Assembly (NCBI GenBank): GCA_964473815.1
Contig: CAYYQK010000004.1
Coordinates: 68,493 to 132,492 of the forward strand
Source: an uncultured Candidatus Saccharibacteria bacterium
GTDB lineage: Bacteria > Patescibacteriota > Doudnabacteria > UBA920
Reading direction: 5' to 3'
DNA length: 64,000 nt
Part shown: piece after piece, positions 8,571-16,684 of the stretch
Position numbering within the stretch: position 1 is the first letter of the stretch
How the letters are laid out: each line of letters begins with the position of its first letter
The notes under the pieces: generated by a model
Told to the model about the DNA's origin: nothing
The model's input: only the letters and a program-made list of their open reading frames with translations
The model's database searches: none
Position numbers and translations under genes: made by a program

Positions 8571-9875
8571 TTAGCGTTCAAGTCGTTTTCGGACTTCTGC
8601 AATTATCTTATCATATGAAAAGACTTCTTGCATGCCACTTTTTACGTCTCGTAAAATAACCATATCATCCATGGCTTCCTTTTGCCCCATAATCAGGGCA
8701 ATTGGAGCCTTGCTTTCCTCGGCTTGTTTAAGCTGATTTTTTACACCAACAGTTCCAAAGTGGTCGTGGACGCGAATATTCTCCCCTATTAGGTCGCGGA
8801 ACAATCGCAAAGAACGCTTCGCCGCCAATTCTCCCAGAGGAACTAAAAATACTTCGCTATGATTTTCAATCTTCGTATCGATTTCAGAAAGTTCCATGGC
8901 GCGAGCAAGCGCTGCAAGATTGCCATTGAATCCAAAAGCAGGACTTGACTTGCCATCAATATTTTTTAAAAGCATATCGTGATGCGCAGCTTCACCTAAC
9001 ACAACCGAATTGTTACCCTTCTTGTACTTTACACTCAAGTTTGTGCCAGTGCTGCCTTCGGGGCCAATATATAATTGATTCAGCTGGTAAGGCAGTCCGA
9101 GTTCGTCGAGAGCTTCTAAAATATCTGTAAATTGTTTGCGGGCTTCATTGTCTAAAAAGTCGACTATAGCTGGCGCCTCAGCTGCAATTAACTGACAATC
9201 TAAATTTTCGCAGCGCAAAATATTTAACACGCGGCCACGCATGTGCGCATTACAGTTATCACACAATTCAAACTCTTTACCTTTCAAATAATCTTTCAGT
9301 ACATTTTGGTAAGCATTCTGTACTTGCATATCGCCGGCGGTATTTATTTCCAACTGCAAATCTTCTGCTGCCAAACCAAGTCGCTGAGTTAAATCCCACA
9401 CCGCACTAACAACCTGCGCTTCAGTTAAGTGATTAAAGCTCCCGAACACTTCAAATCCAAATTGGTAATTAAAATGCAAAGCCTGCTTGGCATCAGTTTC
9501 AACAACGTTCCCTAAATATAACCACTTCGAAAGTGGTTGGACTTCAGCAACTTTATTCTGTACATAGTGACGCAACACCGAAGGTAACAAAGCTGCGCGA
9601 ACGCCCATTGGTTTACCGCTTTGCTGGGCGAAAACTATTTTTTCTAAAACTTCTGGCTGATTTTTATAGTAATCAGCGTAAACCCTTTGCTCTTCTAAAA
9701 TGGCGGTTTCCACTGTTAAAAAGCCGTAAAGTTGGGCTACAGTGCGAACCTGTTCCATTATTAAGTTCCATTGCGGCGAAGTTTGGGTAGTAATATCCCG
9801 CAAACCGCTGATTGTTCCAGCTTTAGGTACTCGAACAGGAGCCGCAATAACGGTTTTTTTGGCAGTCTTTTGCAT
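8571..9875 (-). CDS. HisRS-like paralog with degenerate catalytic motifs (HisZ-like / pseudo-synthetase) retaining the anticodon-binding domain
   Basis: Aligns block by block with hisS in this window. N-terminus PKAGTISGLRD vs GFRDYGP. Motif 2 [25 protein letters not shown] corresponds to SKWLYLGNVVETDAKQALHFNYQ. Motif 3 GGRYDGL corresponds to GEAAHHDML. Extra CxxC…C…C insertion (LCDNCNAHMRGRVLNILRCENLDC). Class-II anticodon-binding-domain-like C-terminus. Confidence 0.6.
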   Translation of the reverse strand: MQKTAKKTVIAAPVRVPKAGTISGLRDITTQTSPQWNLIMEQVRTVAQLYGFLTVETAILEEQRVYADYYKNQPEVLEKIVFAQQSGKPMGVRAALLPSVLRHYVQNKVAEVQPLSKWLYLGNVVETDAKQALHFNYQFGFEVFGSFNHLTEAQVVSAVWDLTQRLGLAAEDLQLEINTAGDMQVQNAYQNVLKDYLKGKEFELCDNCNAHMRGRVLNILRCENLDCQLIAAEAPAIVDFLDNEARKQFTDILEALDELGLPYQLNQLYIGPEGSTGTNLSVKYKKGNNSVVLGEAAHHDMLLKNIDGKSSPAFGFNGNLAALARAMELSEIDTKIENHSEVFLVPLGELAAKRSLRLFRDLIGENIRVHDHFGTVGVKNQLKQAEESKAPIALIMGQKEAMDDMVILRDVKSGMQEVFSYDKIIAEVRKRLER

Positions 9876-9899
9876 TTATTAAATTAATTTAATCTAGAG

Positions 9900-10490
9900 T
9901 TAATTAAAAATCGCTGCTGGGAAATGAGGGAATCCAAGAGTACTTAAAGGGAAAACGCGTAGCCAAGCTGTTCCGACAATATCATGCTTTGGCAGTATCC
10001 CCCACACCCGAGAATCACTGGAGGCAAGACGGTTATCACCCAAAACAAAATATTCATCACTGCCAAGTTCTACAACTTGATCGCTACCAAACGTAATATC
10101 CTGATTAGAAAGATAGTTTTCGGTCAAAGCAGAACCATCCGGATGCTCTTTATTGTAAATATAAACTTTGCCATTCGCCACTTTTACTTTTTCACCTGGC
10201 AAACCAACTACACGCTTGATGAAATACTGCGATGTATCTTTTGGATAATGGAAAACAATCACATCACCACGTTGCGGATCATGCAAACGATAAGAAATTT
10301 TGTTTACAACTAAGTATTCCCGGTTATGAAAATTCGGCACCATCGAATTTCCCGAGACAATGAAAGGTTCGGCAATAAAAAAACGAAACACCAACATCAC
10401 AATGAAGGCGACTATAATAATTCGGGCGACTTCCCACAGAAATGATCCGACGGTCGGGGTTTTTTCAGTTAAAATTTCTTCGTCAGACAT
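9900..10490 (-). CDS. lepB: signal peptidase I
   Basis: S26 boxes SGNSMVPNF and GDNRLASSDSR, N-terminal TM anchor. Confidence 0.85.
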   Translation of the reverse strand: MSDEEILTEKTPTVGSFLWEVARIIIVAFIVMLVFRFFIAEPFIVSGNSMVPNFHNREYLVVNKISYRLHDPQRGDVIVFHYPKDTSQYFIKRVVGLPGEKVKVANGKVYIYNKEHPDGSALTENYLSNQDITFGSDQVVELGSDEYFVLGDNRLASSDSRVWGILPKHDIVGTAWLRVFPLSTLGFPHFPAAIFN

Positions 10491-10580
10491 GTTTTATTTC
10501 ACTAAATGATTTTGATAGATAACATTGAAACTATACCACTGGCGTAAAGGCAATGCAAGAGGTATAATATTGTGGTATTT

Positions 10581-12017
10581 ATGCCTCAACCAATCTTTTC
10601 TACAAAAAACATCGGTGACAATCAGATTGTCCTGCCGGACAATGAACCAACCCCTCCGCGTAAGCCTAAAGGCAAGCGGATTTTAAAGTGGATTTTGGCC
10701 ATTGTGATTTTCTTGGCGCTCGCCCTGGGTATTTTTATCGCGGTTAGGGCTACTGGTTTGGCTAATAAAATTTTCGTTGGTAAAAACACTAGTGTGTTTG
10801 GCCGAATCAGCGATTTAATTTCCTCGCAAACTGGTGGCAGCAAACTTAAGGGTGAAAGCGATGGTCAGGTGAATGTATTGCTGCTTGGAATTGGCGGGCC
10901 TGGTCACGATGGGCCATATTTGTCCGACACTATTATTCTGGCTGAGCTTCGTCCGGGTGAGAAAAAAGCTACATTAATTTCAATTCCACGTGACTATTTA
11001 GTGAATACTAAAGAGCTGGGGCAAAGAAAAATTAATGCGGTGTTTTCTGAAAGTTATACCAAGAAACAAAATTGGGATGATGCAGGCGCCAGCATCCGCG
11101 ACGTGGTTTCAAAAATGTCTGGTCTGGATATTCCCTACTTTGCAGTCTTAGACTTTAAGGGTTTTGAAAAAACTATCGATTTGCTTGGGGGTGTTGATGT
11201 TACCATCGACCGCACTTTTACAGATTATACTTTCCCAGACAGTGGTGTGGGCTTTTTGCCACCAGTCACTTTCAAGGAAGGCCCTGAGCATATGGATGGC
11301 GAACGCGCATTGATTTTCGCACGTTCTCGTCATGCTCCTGGTGAAGAAGGTACGGACTTTGCGCGCAGTGTGCGCCAACAAAAAATCATTACCGCCGCTA
11401 AACAAAAGGTTGAATCTCTAAATCTGGTTGCTGATGCGGGCAAGATTAATCAGTTATTTACAATTATAGGTGATCATTTCCATACTAATATGTCACCAGG
11501 TCAAATGATTCGGGTGTATCAGTTGGGACACGAGCTTGGACCGGACAATATTGCCAACTTGAGCATGGATGAAAAGAGCGGCTTAGTTTGTCCGCAGACT
11601 TTGCAAGGTAGCGGTGCATTTGTGTTAACTGTTTGTCCTGGCAAAAATAGTGAAGACATTCGTAACTTCTTTAATAACAGTTTTAGTGTTAGCAAAGTGC
11701 AGTCCGAAAAAGCAGTTGTGTGGCTTGCAGACAGCAGCACGACTGGCCAGCTCTATAAAAAGGCTGAGAGCGAACTGACCAACGCGGGCCTCACGGTTTA
11801 CAAAGTTGTTTATAGCGGCAAGCCGCTGCCACAGAGTGTTGTATACAGTGTTAATCACAAACAAGCTTCCGTTGATTTTGTAAAATCGAGTTTAAATGCT
11901 TCGCCAGTTTCATTGCCACCACCAGGGATCAAAATAGACCAAAGCAAAGTAGATATTATTGTCATTCTGGGAAGCCCGCAAGCCAGTGACTCAACTAGCG
12001 GCAACTCAAATCAATAA
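10581..12017 (+). CDS. LCP-family (LytR-CpsA-Psr) cell-envelope polymer transferase
   Basis: VLLLGIGGPGHDGPYLSDTIILAELRP…ISIPRDYLV LCP core. The ORF-track start at 10572 is GTG. ATG at 10581 is preferred. TATAAT at 10562-10567. Confidence 0.75.
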   Translation: MPQPIFSTKNIGDNQIVLPDNEPTPPRKPKGKRILKWILAIVIFLALALGIFIAVRATGLANKIFVGKNTSVFGRISDLISSQTGGSKLKGESDGQVNVLLLGIGGPGHDGPYLSDTIILAELRPGEKKATLISIPRDYLVNTKELGQRKINAVFSESYTKKQNWDDAGASIRDVVSKMSGLDIPYFAVLDFKGFEKTIDLLGGVDVTIDRTFTDYTFPDSGVGFLPPVTFKEGPEHMDGERALIFARSRHAPGEEGTDFARSVRQQKIITAAKQKVESLNLVADAGKINQLFTIIGDHFHTNMSPGQMIRVYQLGHELGPDNIANLSMDEKSGLVCPQTLQGSGAFVLTVCPGKNSEDIRNFFNNSFSVSKVQSEKAVVWLADSSTTGQLYKKAESELTNAGLTVYKVVYSGKPLPQSVVYSVNHKQASVDFVKSSLNASPVSLPPPGIKIDQSKVDIIVILGSPQASDSTSGNSNQ

Positions 12018-12018
12018 A

Positions 12019-12052
12019 AAAGGCATGCCGGGTTAAAGCATGTCTTTTTTGT
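12019..12052 (+). terminator. intrinsic terminator after the LCP gene
   Basis: aggcatgc…gcatgtct hairpin + T6. Confidence 0.5.
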
Positions 12053-12066
12053 GCAGAAGTTTGAAT

Positions 12067-12474
12067 TTAATTTGGTAGTTGCCAAAAGCGCAGGTAAGGC
12101 TTTAATAAATACCGCGCCGATAACGGCATGGTGATGAGGGAAAACACCAAGATCACCACAAGCCAATTGGTAGAAAGGTTGTGGATGCGCAACAACTGAT
12201 TGGTTGCTAGCATCAAACCAAAACTCATACCAACACTCAGTTGTCGGTATTCTTTCGCGCAAGCTTCTTGGAAATGCATTCGCGAAAACGCATCGTGTAA
12301 ATAAGCGATCGTAAACGATCCGTACACGGCAAAACCTGCTAAAGCAAGATATGGTCCAGTACTTGCTAAGACTGCGAGTGATTCTCGGTGTGTGTAGGTA
12401 ATGAAAACCAAGCTCACACCACAGACCAAAAGAGGCATCACAAAACCAAACGTTATCCTAATAAACTTTTTCAT
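12067..12474 (-). CDS. hypothetical polytopic membrane protein
   Basis: Four predicted TM helices; no recognisable family. Confidence 0.45.
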   Translation of the reverse strand: MKKFIRITFGFVMPLLVCGVSLVFITYTHRESLAVLASTGPYLALAGFAVYGSFTIAYLHDAFSRMHFQEACAKEYRQLSVGMSFGLMLATNQLLRIHNLSTNWLVVILVFSLITMPLSARYLLKPYLRFWQLPN

Positions 12475-12542
12475 CTGACCTCCTTCTGAGCAATTTTCTT
12501 GTATAGTGGCATAAAATCGCCAGAAAGTCTATAATATAGGCT

Positions 12543-13904
12543 ATGAATCAGCTTCCATTACTTGCCATTGTTGGGGAACCAAATGTTGGCAAGTCTACAT
12601 TGATGAATAAGATTGCTGGTCGTCGGATTGCCGTAACCTCTGTGGTTGCCGGCACCACCCGCGATCGCCAGTACGTAGACACCGTTTGGAACGGTGTTGA
12701 TTTTACTATGATCGATACGGCCGGAGTGACTTTTGGCGGATTAGGAAATACAGAGCAAGAACTTGAAGCGGCTTTGAATGAACAAGTTGATGTTGCAGCC
12801 GAAGAAGCAAATATGTTGATGCTAGTTGTCGACGGGAAAAACGCCGTAGAAACAATTGACCGCAAGGCTTTGCTGAAATTCCGGAAAATGAAGAAGCCAA
12901 TTGTGGTTGCTGTAAATAAACTTGATTCACCAAAAAACCTGGAAGCCTTTACTGCGCCGTTTTTGAAATTGGGAATAAAAAATATTTTTCCTGTTTCGAG
13001 TTTAACTGGGCGCGGAATTGGTGATTTGCTCGACTGCATTGCGACCGAACTAGGCAAAGTTAAAGTTGAAAAAGAAGAAGTACCTGTAGGTATTGCCGTG
13101 AGTATTGTGGGCAAACCAAATGTTGGCAAGTCGAGTTTACTGAATGCAATTCTGGGACAGAAGCGCGTGGTAGTATCTTCTATTCCCGGCACAACCCGCA
13201 CTTCTATCGATACTCATACTGTTATAGACGGGCAAGATTACACTTTCATCGACACCGCCGGGCTAAAACGCAAAGACCATAGACAAAAACAGCCAGATAT
13301 TTATTCAGGCTTTCAAACTTTCAAATCTATTCGCCGTAGCGACATTGTAATTTTGGTAATTGACTCGATTGAACGAATTACTAAACAAGATCAAGTCATT
13401 GCAGGTGAAATTTTAGACTTTGCAAAGGGTGCAATTATTGTAGCTAACAAGATGGACTTATTTGACGGCAGTGAACAGGAGCTACAAGATTATATTTCTT
13501 TGCACTTCCCTTTCCTGTGGTTCTCGCCTGTGTTCTTGGTGTCTGCGGAAACTGGTGAAGGTGTGAACGAAGCATTGGCTGCGATCAAACCAATTTACGA
13601 AAATCGTCTTAAAGAAATTGCGCAAGAAGATTTGGATAAAGTTTTACAGCAGACTATTAAGACAAATCCACCCAAGCGTTTGCGCGACCAACGCGATCCA
13701 AAAATTTACGCAATTTCCCAAACCGAAACCAATCCGCCGATTTTCTCTTTGCTCGTAAACAAGTCTGGTGCAATTTCTACGCAATATCGCCGCTTCCTTT
13801 TGAAGCACTTAATCAAACGCCTCGACTTGTGGGGCACGCCAATTAAATTGCAGTTGCGCGAAAAATCGCAAATCTCAGGCAAAGTCGAAAAATCTTTAAA
13901 TTAA
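12543..13904 (+). CDS. der: ribosome-biogenesis GTPase Der (EngA)
   Basis: Two tandem G-domains (GEPNVGKSTL and GKPNVGKSSL) plus KH-like C-terminus. TATAAT lies 7 nt before the ATG. Confidence 0.9.
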   Translation: MNQLPLLAIVGEPNVGKSTLMNKIAGRRIAVTSVVAGTTRDRQYVDTVWNGVDFTMIDTAGVTFGGLGNTEQELEAALNEQVDVAAEEANMLMLVVDGKNAVETIDRKALLKFRKMKKPIVVAVNKLDSPKNLEAFTAPFLKLGIKNIFPVSSLTGRGIGDLLDCIATELGKVKVEKEEVPVGIAVSIVGKPNVGKSSLLNAILGQKRVVVSSIPGTTRTSIDTHTVIDGQDYTFIDTAGLKRKDHRQKQPDIYSGFQTFKSIRRSDIVILVIDSIERITKQDQVIAGEILDFAKGAIIVANKMDLFDGSEQELQDYISLHFPFLWFSPVFLVSAETGEGVNEALAAIKPIYENRLKEIAQEDLDKVLQQTIKTNPPKRLRDQRDPKIYAISQTETNPPIFSLLVNKSGAISTQYRRFLLKHLIKRLDLWGTPIKLQLREKSQISGKVEKSLN

Positions 13905-13923
13905 ATTTGTTATAATAACCCAG

Positions 13924-14463
13924 ATGAAACTAATAGCCGGACTAGGAAATCCAGGAAAGCAATACGAACACACCCGACATAATGCCGGGTTTTTAGCTAT
14001 CGATCATTTTTTAAAGACTCATGATGCAATTACTTGCGCGAGTAAATTTAATGCGCAGATTTGTGAGTATCATGAAGGTGGTGAGAAGGTATTTTTGGTA
14101 AAGCCGCAGTCTTTTATGAATTTGTCCGGTGAAGTAATTCGTGATTTAGTAAATTTTTACAAACTTGATGCAAAAAAAGATTTACTGGTTTTACACGATG
14201 AAGTTGATTTACCTCTTGGCACTGTGCGCGATGGCTTGGGCTCGGGCCATGCGGGTCACAACGGCGTACGCAATATAATAGATGAACTTGGTACCAAAGA
14301 TTTTGCACGCGTGCGGATTGGGGTAGAAACACGCGTTGAAGGCGACGACCTCCCTACCGACGCATTCGTTCTCCAAAAATTTACAGACGAAGAATTGAAA
14401 GGATTAGAAATGGTTTTCCCTGGTGTGAACGAAGCAGTTGAAAAGTTTATAGCAGCAAAATAA
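13924..14463 (+). CDS. pth: peptidyl-tRNA hydrolase
   Basis: MKLIAGLGNPGKQYEHTRHNAGF… Pth signature. TATAAT lies 7 nt before the ATG. Confidence 0.9.
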   Translation: MKLIAGLGNPGKQYEHTRHNAGFLAIDHFLKTHDAITCASKFNAQICEYHEGGEKVFLVKPQSFMNLSGEVIRDLVNFYKLDAKKDLLVLHDEVDLPLGTVRDGLGSGHAGHNGVRNIIDELGTKDFARVRIGVETRVEGDDLPTDAFVLQKFTDEELKGLEMVFPGVNEAVEKFIAAK

Positions 14464-14492
14464 ACTGCAAAGTAAATATAGAAAAAAAAGAA

Positions 14493-14526
14493 AGGCCGCT
14501 CTGCGATATACAGGGCGGTCTTTTTA
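14493..14526. terminator. bidirectional intrinsic terminator
   Basis: ggccgctctg…cagggcggtc hairpin (two G·U pairs) flanked by an A-tract and a T-tract. Confidence 0.6.
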
Positions 14527-14549
14527 AAAAAGCGTGACACAAACTGTGC

Positions 14550-14837
14550 CTATGAGAGCCGTAAGTCTTTGAGCTTCATCATACAAAGGCCGCCACGGCG
14601 ACCGAAGTCGACATCAACGATATCTGAGGTACGGCCGTTTGTAGACGGAGCGTGAATTTCAACTATTTTGCCGGCGACCCCCTCAGAAGCACCGAAGCGT
14701 CCGTTGCTGATAACGGTCTGGCCTACTTCAAGCCAATTTTTTGGCTCAGATATATCCTGGGTGATTTTGACTATCTTGTCACTTTGATCATATCCCAAGG
14801 TTAGGCCACCAACTTCTACTTCTCGAATTTCTGACAT
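14550..14837 (-). CDS. hypothetical small protein (SH3-like/DUF1918-like pattern)
   Basis: Start MSEIREV preceded by CAGGAGGAGTGT-ATG. Pattern G-x-x-V-x-x-G…GKIVEIH…D-x-DFG loosely recalls DUF1918. The ORF-track N-terminal extension is rejected. Confidence 0.5.
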   Translation of the reverse strand: MSEIREVEVGGLTLGYDQSDKIVKITQDISEPKNWLEVGQTVISNGRFGASEGVAGKIVEIHAPSTNGRTSDIVDVDFGRRGGLCMMKLKDLRLS

Positions 14838-14867
14838 ACACTCCTCCTGATCTTTCAATACGTATGC

Positions 14868-14905
14868 AAAATAAAACCGCCACAACTTTTGTTTTGGCGG
14901 TGCTT
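14868..14905 (-). terminator. intrinsic terminator / attenuator hairpin immediately upstream of the 14550..14837 gene
   Basis: On the minus strand, accgccaaaacaaaagttgtggcggt followed by UUUUAUUUUG, about 30 nt before the SD of the downstream gene. Confidence 0.55.
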
Positions 14906-15046
14906 ATCTGCACCACCCCACCTACAAGTGAGAACCACCAGACAAACGCCTAGAAAGCTCTGCTTAACCGCTAGAAACATTGAATAGGAGGGATGATCAA
15001 TGTCTTCGCGACTTGCAAGTAGGATACTGCAGACAATCGTGAAGGC

Positions 15047-15075
15047 AGTATACACTAATTTGGAGGTTTTGTCAA
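15047..15075 (-). promoter_or_regulatory. sigma70-like promoter on the minus strand (TTGACA-17-TATACT)
   Basis: Reverse complement reads cTTGACAaaacctccaaattagtgTATACT. It drives a ~170-nt transcript ending at the 14868..14905 hairpin. Confidence 0.6.
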
Positions 15076-15101
15076 GGTAGGCTGAAAAACAAAATTCAGT
15101 A

Positions 15102-15158
15102 AAATTTGAGTAAATCTTTATCTAAACTTGAGAAAAACTTTATGTGTTCTTGAGGATG
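15102..15158 (+). repeat. copy 1 of a ~45-55 bp A-tract-phased repeat element upstream of dprA
   Basis: aaatttgagtaaatctttatctaaacttgagaaaaactttatgtgttcttgagg. Related copies at 21385..21430 (+), 56913..56967 (+), 196..250 (-) and a partial copy at 49205..49245 (-). Confidence 0.7.
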
Positions 15159-15177
15159 GCTTTGCTAGTCTGAAAGT

Positions 15178-16278
15178 ATGTATTTAAATAATCCTGACCT
15201 AGAGCCTTTCTATCTATATATACTCTCTCGCCTGCCGGTTCGGCGATTAGATATTTTTGAACATTGGCGCGCCCAGGCCGGAACATTTGAAGCCGTTTAT
15301 CTATCTAGCGAGAGACAACTTAAGGAATTAGGTTGGGGCTATGAACTAGTCTTAAAATTTCGGGAAATAAAAAATGAGTGGTCTGTGGAAAAATTGGTAA
15401 ATGTCGTAGAGAAAACCAATGTGAGCATGGTGACATATTTAGATACGGACTATCCTGCAATGCTTCGAGAAATTACTGACCCGCCGCCCGTGCTATTTTT
15501 TCGGGGGCAGTTAAATAAAAGTGAGGCATGCATTGCGATTGTTGGATCCAGAAAAATGTCTAATTATGGCTTAGGCATGATCCCAAAAATTGCTGGCCCT
15601 TTGGTCAATGCTGGAGTGACAATTGTATCAGGTCTTGCTTATGGCATTGATAGCGCAGCACATACAGAAAGCGTTAATCGACAAGCGCGAACAATAGCAG
15701 TGCTTGGAACAGGGGTAGACGAAAAAAGTATCTATCCGCGTGGGCATTTAAAACTGGCTCATCAAATTTTAGAAACAGGCGGATTACTAATTTCCGAGCA
15801 ACCACCCGGGACACCTGGGCTACCGCATCATTTTGTAGCGCGCAACCGAATTATTGCCGGTCTTTCACTGGGCGTAATTATAGTAGAATGCAAAGTCAAA
15901 AGCGGCGCGTTAATTACTGCGGACTACGCAGCGGATTTTAACAGAAATTTGTACGCTGTACCTGGCCCAGCGTATTCAGCACTCAGCGCTGGTCCTCATG
16001 AATTAATTCGTAACGGCGCAATGTTAATCACTTGCGGTGAAGATGTGTTGCAAGATATCAAACTTGATCTGGCGCAGCTTCCGGAAACTGCAAAGCCAAA
16101 ACCAAAATTCTCGGAATTAGAACAACGTGTGTTAGAATGTATGCAAGACGAGCCTCAAAGTGCTACGGAAATCATTGTTGCAACAAACGCATCAACAGAA
16201 ATTGTGATGCAAACAATTACATTGCTTGAACTACGCGGCGCGATCAAAGAAATAAATAATAAATATTATAAGACGTGA
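15178..16278 (+). CDS. dprA: DNA-processing protein DprA (Smf)
   Basis: Rossmann-like DprA core LGMIPKIAGPLVNAGVTIVSGLAYGIDSAAHTESV. Confidence 0.85.
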   Translation: MYLNNPDLEPFYLYILSRLPVRRLDIFEHWRAQAGTFEAVYLSSERQLKELGWGYELVLKFREIKNEWSVEKLVNVVEKTNVSMVTYLDTDYPAMLREITDPPPVLFFRGQLNKSEACIAIVGSRKMSNYGLGMIPKIAGPLVNAGVTIVSGLAYGIDSAAHTESVNRQARTIAVLGTGVDEKSIYPRGHLKLAHQILETGGLLISEQPPGTPGLPHHFVARNRIIAGLSLGVIIVECKVKSGALITADYAADFNRNLYAVPGPAYSALSAGPHELIRNGAMLITCGEDVLQDIKLDLAQLPETAKPKPKFSELEQRVLECMQDEPQSATEIIVATNASTEIVMQTITLLELRGAIKEINNKYYKT

Positions 16279-16613
16279 ACTATCCTTTATCTTTCCGCGA
16301 AGTCGATAAGCCTACCTTTGATCGAATAGAACGCGGCGAAAAAACTATAGAAACCCGGGCTGGAATGCCAGAATACCTAAAGTTTAAAGTCGGTGATGTT
16401 CTAGACATAAGCTGTGGGGAAAATCACATTAGCAAAACAATTGAAGAAGTCTTACGTTTTGATTCACCTGAACAACTTTTAGAAAAATTTTCTCCCGACG
16501 AAATCATGCCTGAAGGTACTACTAAGGAAGAGGCAATCGCCAAATGGAATAGCTTTCCAAATTATCCGGAACGGATTAAACATTATGGGATAATTGCGTG
16601 GCGTTTAAAGTAA
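16275..16613 (+). CDS. ASCH/PUA-like domain protein
   Basis: Small β-barrel pattern (ERGEKTIETRAG…KVGDVLDI). 4-nt overlap with dprA. Confidence 0.45.
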   Translation: MNYPLSFREVDKPTFDRIERGEKTIETRAGMPEYLKFKVGDVLDISCGENHISKTIEEVLRFDSPEQLLEKFSPDEIMPEGTTKEEAIAKWNSFPNYPERIKHYGIIAWRLK

Positions 16614-16684
16614 CGCAATTTGACAAGGCTGTGAATATTCAGCTAAACTCCATTTTGTACTCATTCAAACTTTTATAATTTTTC

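Noticed and set aside
8571-8602. 32-nt overlap of HIT ORF (TTG start at 8602) with the HisRS-like gene
   Set aside because: The internal ATG at 8560 gives an N-terminus (MESNHDCLFC) matching HIT-family starts and removes the overlap. The longer form is kept only as an alternative.
12548-13201. 217-aa minus-strand ORF inside der
   Set aside because: Antisense to the tandem GTPase domains of Der; low-complexity Ser/Thr/Pro composition.
14900-14935. T-box antiterminator (GGGUGGUA) in the 14868..15075 leader
   Set aside because: Only an 8-nt partial match. No specifier-loop/AGAGA/GNUGA boxes, and the downstream gene is not an aminoacyl-tRNA-related function.
14855-15055. 66-aa minus-strand ORF between pth and dprA
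   Set aside because: Its ATG sits inside the -10 box of the promoter that would transcribe it. It has no SD and the terminator hairpin lies within it. The region is better explained as a non-coding leader or sRNA.
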